Shown: positions 9,724-17,991 of the stretch, piece by piece
Numbering within the stretch: position 1 is the first letter of the stretch
How the letters are laid out: the number at the start of each line of letters is the position of its first letter
From: Phormidium sp.
GTDB taxonomy: Bacteria > Cyanobacteriota > Cyanobacteriia > Cyanobacteriales > Aerosakkonemataceae
DNA: 64,000 nt
Direction: 5' to 3'
Assembly (NCBI GenBank): GCA_051013385.1
Contig: CP143273.1
Location: forward strand, 1,952,001-2,016,000
Notes under the pieces: generated by a model
Seen by the model: the letters and a program-made list of their open reading frames with translations, nothing else
Databases searched by the model: none
Told to the model about the DNA's origin: nothing
Program-made: the position numbers and the translations under genes

Positions 9724-11076
9724 TTAGTTGCGTGATTCAGCTATTCTAAAACCAGCGTGTTGATAGAAATTAGGCCGGAACCAATTGCGATAAAACTTTA
9801 ACGCTTCTGTTCCATTTGTCGCCCAAGCACCACCCAACATCATCTTATGTTGATTATCAAAAAAGGGTGCGGCATTATCTTCATAAAGAAAATGGGTTTT
9901 AAATCCGGGCAATGGGTTAAAACCATCATTCAACCATTCCCAAACATTCCCCCGTAAATCGTACAATCCAGAAGGAGTTTCGGCTTGTTTTAATATACCG
10001 ACTGGACTGGGCGAACCAAATTTTAAATTGAGGTTGAAATTATTTACTGTATCCAATCCAGCACTTTTTGAGTTGGCATTAGATCCATAAGTTGCTAAAA
10101 GCCATTCTGCTTCACTCATTAAGCGAATTCCCTCACCTTTCCAGCGACAGTAAGCCATTGCTTCATAATGATTTACTTCTACGGGCCAATCTAAAGGTAG
10201 TTCAATTTCATCAAACATTGCCCTATATTTGTAGCCACCATTTTTAGGTATCCAAAATTTGGGATTTTTGACGTTATTTTCGGTTTTCCAAGCCCATGAT
10301 TCTTCATCCCAGTAAACTTGTTTTTCGTAGCCACCAGCATTAACAAATTCCTGAAATTCTGCATTGGTTATCATGTACTTACTAGCGGCAAATGGTGCAA
10401 CATTGACTTGCCGATCGCCATATTCACAATCCCAACCATAAAGCGGGAAATCTTCTGGTTTACCAAGTTCAACTAACCCACCAGAAACTTGAATCATTTC
10501 ATTATCAGAAATGTCACCATTAGAAGGTGCATATTGCCAATTTTCGGGACGTGCAACTTTGTCTACAGGGAGTTGCCGGATTAGCATAGATGAAGTTTCA
10601 AAATGAATGCGCTGATGTTCGATCGCCATCATCAACGCCCAAAGGGGATGATTTTGATGAATTGGGAGATCGATCGGCGTGTTTTTAATTACTTCTGAAA
10701 TAATCTCATAAGCTTGGTGGCGATATTCCCAAACCCCAGCTAGTTCGGGCCATTGAATATGCGAAATTGCGGCGTTTAGTTCGTCAGGAGTTCGCGGATC
10801 GACCCCAACTCCAAAGATGAATTCGTAATCCGGGTTAATACTTTTATCTAACAAATTTACCATCATTAATTTGTTGATGTAAAAACCCGCTGAATGACCC
10901 AAATAAAAAATTAGGGGATTGCGTAAGCAATCAGGATTCAGATAGAATGTCTCTTCTCCAACTATGCTTTTCATCAGCATATCTTCCAGTTCCCAGGCGT
11001 TTTGAAAGTAACTGAAGATGGCTTCTCTACTACAAGTGTTTAGTAGAATTGGTAGTTGAAGTTTCAGGGTGTTCAT
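9724..11076 (-). CDS. ovoA: OvoA-type sulfoxide synthase without the C-terminal methyltransferase domain (EgtB-like role)
   Basis: LRNPLIFYLGH, iron-binding HQRIHFET (HX3HXE), and an FGE-sulfatase domain (GNVWEW...FYQHAGFR). Probable ATG start at 11076. Confidence 0.85.
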   Translation of the reverse strand: MNTLKLQLPILLNTCSREAIFSYFQNAWELEDMLMKSIVGEETFYLNPDCLRNPLIFYLGHSAGFYINKLMMVNLLDKSINPDYEFIFGVGVDPRTPDELNAAISHIQWPELAGVWEYRHQAYEIISEVIKNTPIDLPIHQNHPLWALMMAIEHQRIHFETSSMLIRQLPVDKVARPENWQYAPSNGDISDNEMIQVSGGLVELGKPEDFPLYGWDCEYGDRQVNVAPFAASKYMITNAEFQEFVNAGGYEKQVYWDEESWAWKTENNVKNPKFWIPKNGGYKYRAMFDEIELPLDWPVEVNHYEAMAYCRWKGEGIRLMSEAEWLLATYGSNANSKSAGLDTVNNFNLNLKFGSPSPVGILKQAETPSGLYDLRGNVWEWLNDGFNPLPGFKTHFLYEDNAAPFFDNQHKMMLGGAWATNGTEALKFYRNWFRPNFYQHAGFRIAESRN

Positions 11077-11138
11077 GCTGGAAATTTTTGTTTGTTCAAT
11101 GGGTTGGGGTACTAAGCTGAGGGAGCGATCGCAAATAA

Positions 11139-12119
11139 CTATTTCGCTGCTTGACAAAGGATTAAACCAAACCACTTTTGCGGATCGGTAAAGCTTTTTA
11201 AGGTTTTTAACCCTTTGGAGTCTAGTTGTTTTTGCACAGTCTCTAAATCAAACTTCCGAGAGATTTCGGTGAGGATACGTTCCCCTGTTTCCCAGGTAAC
11301 TTTCAAGTCTAGGCTTTCTAAATTTACAACATGACTTTTTTGGCAATCCAAGTACATTTCAATTTGATTTTCTTCTTGATTGTAAATAGCTTTATGGGTG
11401 AATAAGCTTGGATCAAAATCGCCTTGAAAACGCCAGTTTAAATGTTCAAGCATATTCAAATTAAAAGCCGCAGTTACTCCTTGAGAGTCATTATAAGCGG
11501 CTTCTAAAATTTCTATGGGTTTTTGCAAGTCAATGCCAAGCAAAAAGTAATCTCCTGGGGCAAGTACATCAGTAATTTGATTCAAGAAAACATCATATTC
11601 CTGCGGGGTAAAATTCCCAATAGAACTCCCTAAGAAAAAAATCATCCGCGCTGGCAAAGAGGTAGGTTTTAATTGGGTAAGGGCTTGTTCGTAAGTGCCT
11701 ACTAACGCTTTAATCTGTAAAGCTGGATATTCCTTTTGTAATTGAACAGCACTATCTTTGAGAATGCTTTCACTGACATCGATCGGCACATATTTACAGA
11801 AATAATTTTGCGCTTGATAAGCATCTAACAACAGACGAGTTTTTGTCGAACTACCACTGCCTAATTCTACTAGTTCACAAGCACCTGTTATCTGGGCAAT
11901 TTCATCAGAATATTCTCGCAAAATTGCTGCTTCTGTTCGTGTCGGATAATATTCTGGCAACTCACAAATTTGCTCAAATAGTTGAGAACCTTGATGGTCA
12001 TAAAAATACTTTGGCGGTAAAGTTTTTGGGCTTTTTGTTAATCCTTGAATAACATCATCGCCATCTTTGTTTAGAGTTTGGTAATGCCCCTTAAGATTTG
12101 TCAAAAATGTTGTTGCCAT
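11139..12119 (-). CDS. egtD: L-histidine N-alpha-methyltransferase
   Basis: PKYFYD.QGSQLFEQICELPEYYPTRTE, VELGSGSSTKT, FLGSSIGNF, AYNDSQGVTAAFNLN, TEISRKF. Probable ATG start at 12119. Confidence 0.92.
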   Translation of the reverse strand: MATTFLTNLKGHYQTLNKDGDDVIQGLTKSPKTLPPKYFYDHQGSQLFEQICELPEYYPTRTEAAILREYSDEIAQITGACELVELGSGSSTKTRLLLDAYQAQNYFCKYVPIDVSESILKDSAVQLQKEYPALQIKALVGTYEQALTQLKPTSLPARMIFFLGSSIGNFTPQEYDVFLNQITDVLAPGDYFLLGIDLQKPIEILEAAYNDSQGVTAAFNLNMLEHLNWRFQGDFDPSLFTHKAIYNQEENQIEMYLDCQKSHVVNLESLDLKVTWETGERILTEISRKFDLETVQKQLDSKGLKTLKSFTDPQKWFGLILCQAAK

Positions 12120-12554
12120 TTTACTTTTTTTTGATGTGTATAGAATCAATATGGCAGATTTTGCTTTTGGGAGCAACAGTTTTTTTCTTATATTATTTTT
12201 TCGTATAAAAGATTAAGATTACTAATTTGGTAATCTATAATAATCATCATATATTCAACCTATAAAACCGAAAAAAAATCATATTAAATTTATTAATGAT
12301 AAGTTATCAAAAATTTCAGCCCAAAGATAGTGTTTATAGAATTAATTCCTAGTACACTGAAACTCATCTATTTTAGGAAAATAGAGGGCAGAAGCTGAAT
12401 AAATTTTGTACAATGCGGTTTCACCTTTTTAACTAGTGGATAATTTTACCAGAATACAATATTCCCATTTCTTTATAGGAAAAGGGGAAAAGGTAGTTGT
12501 TAATTTCTAGTTGGATGCTACTGGGATGGCATTTACTCCAGCAACACTGTGACT

Positions 12555-12761
12555 AAAACATTATGCCATTTTTTGTGCTAAATGAACATTCCAAAATTTC
12601 TACTTAATTACTGTGTGAATAATGGACAAAATAGAGTATGATCCGATAACTATTTTCTAGAAGTTTGCTGAACTTAATCCAATCAGTTAACCTCGGTCGG
12701 TTTGTGGGGAGAGTTAATGTTGCTGAGTAGGGAGAATGGCTAAATGCTGACGATCGCACTT
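12555..12761 (+). pseudogene. Decayed copy of the AraC upstream region and 5' coding fragments
   Basis: Blocks match 3071-3085, 3103-3125, 3280-3315 and 3409-3420 in the same order. Confidence 0.7.
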
Positions 12762-12861
12762 ACCGATACAGCTAAATCTGGAAAGTTAAAGACTAGTTCA
12801 GGTGCATGACAATATTCGCAGCGATGAGTAGCACGATCGGCTACTAGAGTATAAAAAGGAT

Positions 12862-13000
12862 TCATGAATTTATTTGTTGCATCAAAGCTGCTGTTCGGGC
12901 TGTAGCAGCTTCTACAAGCTTATCTAATTCTGTTTGCAGCAATAAGTTTACAGTTCCACGTTAGCAGGTAATCCATACCGTGAACTGTAGCGATCGCAAT
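12862..13000 (-). pseudogene. Chimeric relic of a PIN-toxin fragment and an antitoxin-like tail
   Basis: Reads IAIATVHGMDYLLTWNCK (typical VapC/PIN C-terminal motif), then LLQTELDKLVEAATARTAALMQQINS* in another frame. Confidence 0.55.
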
Positions 13001-13001
13001 T

Positions 13002-13766
13002 CTAATTTCTGTCTTGTTTCTTGATGCTCTGAATTATTTTTTCCATTATACGAATCTGACGTAAATTAATCTCTTCTTTATTAGGCAAATCTTCTACCAC
13101 ATAGAAAGACTTAGGCGTTAGTAAAAACCAACTTGCAGGAACTACCTCTAACAGCCACCATTCAAAAAGTTCACGTCTTCCGTATGAGCCAGGGAAAATT
13201 GCATAACCCTCTAAGCAATCATCTAAAATTTCTAGAATTGCTTCCACAGATTGCTCATAATCAAGAACTCGAATCGCATTTTTAAAGACATCTTGAGCTT
13301 CATACAATACCTGTAGGCTGACTGGATTTTTATTAGTGTCCTGTGACACATCATAATTTACTAATATATCCTTTTTCAACAATTCCCTATCATCAAACTC
13401 AATTGTCTTAACTTCATCATTGAGGATTTTTTTTGTATTGGCAATTAGCCATAATGATATTTCAATAATTATATTTTTGGGTGAAGAGTCCTTTGGTTGA
13501 TAATATTCAAACGTAGGTTCCACAACTAATAATAAAATTAGCGTCATCCACACATAACGCAGGTGAGTAAGCGTCTGGTTACTAATACGAAATGCTTGGA
13601 AAACTTCATTTAAATCATCTTGAAGTGAAGTTGTGCCGTCTGCTTCTAACTCATAAAGCTCTTCATAATGTTGTTGCTTAATTTTATCCAGTAAAACTTT
13701 TAGAGAGTCAGGCAACATTTCTATCGAGGGTAATTTTTGATCTGACTGGCTCGATCGCAATACCAT
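13002..13766 (-). CDS. Hypothetical acidic helical protein; putative immunity partner of the deaminase
   Basis: GGAGG RBS, 21 nt downstream of the deaminase stop codon. No recognised motif. Confidence 0.6.
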   Translation of the reverse strand: MVLRSSQSDQKLPSIEMLPDSLKVLLDKIKQQHYEELYELEADGTTSLQDDLNEVFQAFRISNQTLTHLRYVWMTLILLLVVEPTFEYYQPKDSSPKNIIIEISLWLIANTKKILNDEVKTIEFDDRELLKKDILVNYDVSQDTNKNPVSLQVLYEAQDVFKNAIRVLDYEQSVEAILEILDDCLEGYAIFPGSYGRRELFEWWLLEVVPASWFLLTPKSFYVVEDLPNKEEINLRQIRIMEKIIQSIKKQDRN

Positions 13767-13787
13767 AAAAAAATCCCTCCTTTATAC

Positions 13788-14225
13788 TCATTCCGATGGA
13801 TAAGGATAATCCCAAAATAATTCTATTTTGATGTTGGGAAACTTCTCCTCAAATTGCTTGACTATATTTTCACAGCTTTCACAGGGTTGTAGCTCAGTGT
13901 AAAGATAGAGATTTCCCTTTACCTGAAGATCGTAGAACATCTCAAGAGTTTCCGCAATTGCTGATAATACTTTATACTCTGCATCAGTGTCCATAAAGCG
14001 ATTAGTACGAGAATCAATAGTTGGTTCAAATTGCCCTCCTTGAGATTTTGGTTTAGGTTGAGGTATTGGGCTATTTTTTCCACCTTTAGATGTTCCCGCT
14101 GCACAAAAAGTTACATCACCCTGGATATTTACTTGAGCAACTGCAACATTGCTTTTACCAATAGGTTTTCTCAGATATCGCTCTCGAATTAGAGCAGCAC
14201 TTTCTTGCAAACGCTCTTTAAACAG
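13788..14225 (-). CDS. Nucleic-acid deaminase toxin domain (BURPS668_1122 / Toxin-deaminase type)
   Basis: DTDAEYKVL (DxE) ... LYLYTELQPCESC. The start is either CTG at 14225 (after a GAGGAG RBS) or TTG at 14210. Confidence 0.8.
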   Translation of the reverse strand: MFKERLQESAALIRERYLRKPIGKSNVAVAQVNIQGDVTFCAAGTSKGGKNSPIPQPKPKSQGGQFEPTIDSRTNRFMDTDAEYKVLSAIAETLEMFYDLQVKGNLYLYTELQPCESCENIVKQFEEKFPNIKIELFWDYPYPSE

Positions 14226-14327
14226 AAATTAAACTCCTCATCGCTTCTTATTGTATTTTTCTAAATTAGAAATACTAGCATTGGTAATACAGGTTATCTT
14301 TTCACCTAATTAGGTAGGTTGAGGACA

Positions 14328-16247
14328 ATGGTACGACTAAAACCTTGGAAAATCGTTGTATTAGCAACGCCGATCGCAACTATCATTGCTTTCCTGATGG
14401 TAGCAGCAGGGCAACAAATTCACGCTTGGGGAATTAATTGGATCTGGGCGATCTTTACGGTTGTATTAGTAGGTTGGCGTTGGTTGTTGGTAAAATGGAC
14501 GCAACCTGTGGTAGCACAAATCGAAACTGTGGTTGCTGAGGTAAACAAAGAACTGGAAGAAGCTGCTGAAGATACTGTAAGTTTACCTGCGGGAAATGAT
14601 GCGGCAACTAAAGCGGAAGCGGCGTTACAAGAAGTATTAAAAACTGCCCAAAACGATCGCCCAGTTTGGGAAGATTGGAACACTTTTTGGCAACGTTGTC
14701 AGCAGTTAGTAATTGCGATCGCGCACGCCTACAACCCAGAGGTAAAATATCCCTTACTTAACATCTACATTCCCCAAGCTTACGCTCTAATTCGGGGCAC
14801 CGGAGATGATATGGATCTTTGGATGCAAAAATTGTCTCCCGCTTTAAATCAAGTAACAGTTGGACAAGCAGTGGAAGCTTATGAAGTGTATCAAAGATTA
14901 GAACCTTCGGCGCGAAAACTTTGGCAAATTTGGAATTGGGCACAATGGATAATTAACCCAGCAGCAGCGTTAGCAAGAGTAGCTAGTCAGCGTTCCAGCA
15001 ATCAAGCAACTCAGCAATTATTGGTAAATTTAGGTCAACTTTTGCGGGAAGCTGCATTACGAAATTTAGCTGGACAAGCAATTCAACTTTATAGTGGTAT
15101 TGCCGCAAATCTGTCTGAAACTGCTGTTCCTACACCCACACTTCCCCAAGCAAAAACCCAAACTTTACGAGAGATTTTAACTCAAGCTGAACCAGTCCAA
15201 AAAGTAGAACAAAAACCCGTAAATATTCTATTGGCGGGAAGAACTGGATCGGGAAAAAGCAGTTTAATTAATACTTTGTTTCAAGCAGATTTAGCCGCTG
15301 TTGATGTTTTACCTAGCACGGATAAAATCCAAAGTTATGAATGGAAAACGCAAACCGGAGAAAGTTTAACCCTTTGGGATACTCCTGGTTATGAACAGGT
15401 GAAACGGGGTGAGTTGCGAGATTTAGTAATTGATTACGCGACAAATGGCGATCTTTTGTTATTAGTTACTCCCGCTTTAGATCCAGCTTTACAAATGGAT
15501 GTTGACTTTCTGGAAGATATTAAAGGCGAAGTTGCAGATATACCAGTAATTACAGTTGTAACTCAAGTCGATCGCTTACGTCCGATTCGGGAATGGGAAC
15601 CTTTTTATGATTGGCAATGGGGAGAAAAGCCAAAAGAAATTGCCATTCGAGAAGCGACTGAATATCGTGCTAAACAGTTAGGAGAGTTCAGCAAATTAGT
15701 TTTACCTGTTGTTACTTCGGATAGTCAAAGTAATCGCCAAGCTTGGAATATTGATATGTTATCTCTGGCTTTAGTAAATGCGATCGCACCCGCCAAACAA
15801 CTCCGTTTAGCCAGATTTTTGCGTAACTTAGAAGCGCGGACTGTCGCTGCTGCCAAAATCATCGATCGTTACACTTTCCAGATGACAACTACTCAAGGAT
15901 TAGCAAGTTTCTTGAAAAGTCCAATCCTGCAATTTATCTCTACCATGTCTACTGGATCGCCATCTTTAGCTTTTGCCTTAGCTCAACAAATTCCCGTAGA
16001 ACAATTACCTGTTGTTATTGGTAAACTGCAAATGGCTTATGACATTTACACGCTGTTAAATGACAAAGTAAAACCGATTAACTTTGATTTAAGACCGCTT
16101 TGGTTATTGTTACTGGAGAATTCCGCAGCGCCCGATCGCGATGCTTGGGCATTTGGTCACACAGTAGTAGAGTTTTGGACACAGAATCTCACAGTTACAC
16201 AACTACAGGAACGATATAATTACTATTTGAATTCTACTAAGAAGTAG
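14328..16247 (+). CDS. Membrane-anchored P-loop GTPase (Era/YcjF-like)
   Basis: Two N-terminal transmembrane helices; GRTGSGKSS, DTPG, TQVD. Confidence 0.8.
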   Translation: MVRLKPWKIVVLATPIATIIAFLMVAAGQQIHAWGINWIWAIFTVVLVGWRWLLVKWTQPVVAQIETVVAEVNKELEEAAEDTVSLPAGNDAATKAEAALQEVLKTAQNDRPVWEDWNTFWQRCQQLVIAIAHAYNPEVKYPLLNIYIPQAYALIRGTGDDMDLWMQKLSPALNQVTVGQAVEAYEVYQRLEPSARKLWQIWNWAQWIINPAAALARVASQRSSNQATQQLLVNLGQLLREAALRNLAGQAIQLYSGIAANLSETAVPTPTLPQAKTQTLREILTQAEPVQKVEQKPVNILLAGRTGSGKSSLINTLFQADLAAVDVLPSTDKIQSYEWKTQTGESLTLWDTPGYEQVKRGELRDLVIDYATNGDLLLLVTPALDPALQMDVDFLEDIKGEVADIPVITVVTQVDRLRPIREWEPFYDWQWGEKPKEIAIREATEYRAKQLGEFSKLVLPVVTSDSQSNRQAWNIDMLSLALVNAIAPAKQLRLARFLRNLEARTVAAAKIIDRYTFQMTTTQGLASFLKSPILQFISTMSTGSPSLAFALAQQIPVEQLPVVIGKLQMAYDIYTLLNDKVKPINFDLRPLWLLLLENSAAPDRDAWAFGHTVVEFWTQNLTVTQLQERYNYYLNSTKK

Positions 16248-16277
16248 CCACTTGGGAATAGCGTTAGTAACTTGAAT

Positions 16278-16493
16278 TTAGGAGGCTTTTGGGTAAAGAT
16301 TCTCAGAGTTCATTAATTCACGAACTGACGCTTTTTTCTGAATGATATTTTCCAAAGATTGGCTATACTTTGACAACGAAGGAGCGGAATTAAAATTAGG
16401 CATTTCTTGCCAACAGTGGCGACAGTACCAGAAAATTTGGTTATGACGAATATGCCGCAACATAGTATGAGAACAACAGGGACAACTTGCCAT
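16278..16493 (-). CDS. Small cyanobacterial zinc-ribbon protein
   Basis: CPCCS...LRHIR...WYCRHCWQEMP. Confidence 0.7.
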   Translation of the reverse strand: MASCPCCSHTMLRHIRHNQIFWYCRHCWQEMPNFNSAPSLSKYSQSLENIIQKKASVRELMNSENLYPKAS

Positions 16494-16646
16494 TTTCTTG
16501 GACCTCAATAACTAACAGAGGAAGGATGACAATTGATTTACCAGCCATGATTAGAGGATATGAGGAAAATTTGAAGATATTTTGAAGATGAGCCTAAAGT
16601 AACGGTTAAATTACAAAACTACATGATTGTTTACACAAATTTACCG

Positions 16647-16988
16647 GAGCAGGGGAGCTCAAGAGCAGGGGAGTTCAAGAGCAGGGGTGCAAGAAAACTC
16701 TGTGTTGGCGGGTTTTGTTGTTAACTCTTCTGCTGTGAATACAGATTTATCTCAATACTGCTCGGGTTTTGGGTAGGGGCGAAGCATTCGGGCGATAACT
16801 TTTGGCTCAAACCCGGGATTTTCTGCTCCGTTTGCTAATGCCTACGGCACGCACTCGCGTTCGCCCCTACAAAGGCAAAAAATACTTAACCGAGCAGTAT
16901 TGAGATAAATCTGCTCTCACCCGCCCCTACAAACTCAAAAAACGAAGCTAAGAACTATCCCAGTCCCCAGTGCCCAGTCCCCAGTCGC
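16647..16988. repeat. Nested repeat patch: GAGCAGGGG repeats, a 24-bp inverted-repeat element around a GTAGGGGCG...CGCCCCTAC hairpin, and CCCCAGT heptamers
   Basis: Perfect inverted repeat at 16742-16765 / 16890-16913. STRR-like heptamers at about 16958-16988. Confidence 0.75.
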
Positions 16989-17378
16989 CTAAATAATTTG
17001 ATGTTCTAGAAAACAGTTAGTGACAACTGATAACAAATCACGCTTGGTAAAAGGAGCGATTAAATAATCACTAATTCCTAGTTCTTTAATTAAAGAAATA
17101 GCTTCAGATTCGTAGTTGGCAGTGATTAAAAGGCTTGATGCTTGTAAATTTTGTAAACTCGATTTGATTCGCTGGAGAATATCATCTCTTTTGAGCGAAT
17201 AAAAGTTTAATTCAAAAATGATTAAGTCAAATTCCAGATTAACAGCTAAATTCAAACCTACGGCGATGTTACTGATTAATGTGATTTTAAATCCCTCCAT
17301 ATCTAGAATTCGGGCGATGTTTGTGCCAAATTCTAAACTAGTGGAGTAATTATCTTCAATTATTAAAATTCTAGTCAC
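16989..17378 (-). CDS. Atypical single-domain receiver (pseudo-receiver)
   Basis: RILIIEDN...DLIIFE (phospho-Asp replaced by Glu) ... DYLIAPF (conserved Lys absent). GTG start. Confidence 0.7.
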   Translation of the reverse strand: MTRILIIEDNYSTSLEFGTNIARILDMEGFKITLISNIAVGLNLAVNLEFDLIIFELNFYSLKRDDILQRIKSSLQNLQASSLLITANYESEAISLIKELGISDYLIAPFTKRDLLSVVTNCFLEHQII

Positions 17379-17568
17379 TATTCCTCTCCTGGGAACACAA
17401 CAATTGCACAGTCTATTTAGGCTAAAAATTTACTAGGGGTTCCACTTCAATAATTTTAGCGACATTAACCAGAAAATCTCCTCTACTAAAAAACATCCAT
17501 CAAACTTTTGAGGATGACTACTGTCATATTAAAGAGGAAATTTGAAGAAAATCTGAAGTTTACAAAAC

Positions 17569-17940
17569 TTAAAGTTTTCCGCCTAAACTTTGGGACACCT
17601 GTTCAACTAATTTTATGATGTTGAAAGGTTTAATAATTACACCAGCAACTTGCTCTAACTGCTGTCGATCGGCAGAAACAGTCCTAGCGGTTAATAAAAA
17701 GACGGGTATTTTCCGTGTTGAATCATTTTCTTGTAACTTTTGCAACATCTCAATCCCATTCATTTTCGGCATGGAAATATCTAGTAAAATTGCATCTAAT
17801 GGTTCAGAGTTGGCGATGCGAAGTCCTTCTAAACCTGAACCTGCTAGCAATACTTGCCACCCTGCTAAATCTTCTAAACAAGTTTTAATGACTTGTTGAA
17901 TTGCCTCGTCGTCGTCAACTACGAGAATTTTTTTACTCAT
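17569..17940 (-). CDS. CheY-like single-domain response regulator
   Basis: ILVVDDD, ILLDISMP, LLTA, KPF. Confidence 0.9.
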   Translation of the reverse strand: MSKKILVVDDDEAIQQVIKTCLEDLAGWQVLLAGSGLEGLRIANSEPLDAILLDISMPKMNGIEMLQKLQENDSTRKIPVFLLTARTVSADRQQLEQVAGVIIKPFNIIKLVEQVSQSLGGKL

Positions 17941-17991
17941 AATTCAATACACAAGCTGTATTTTAAGTCTGCAATTAACCATCATAGTTAA

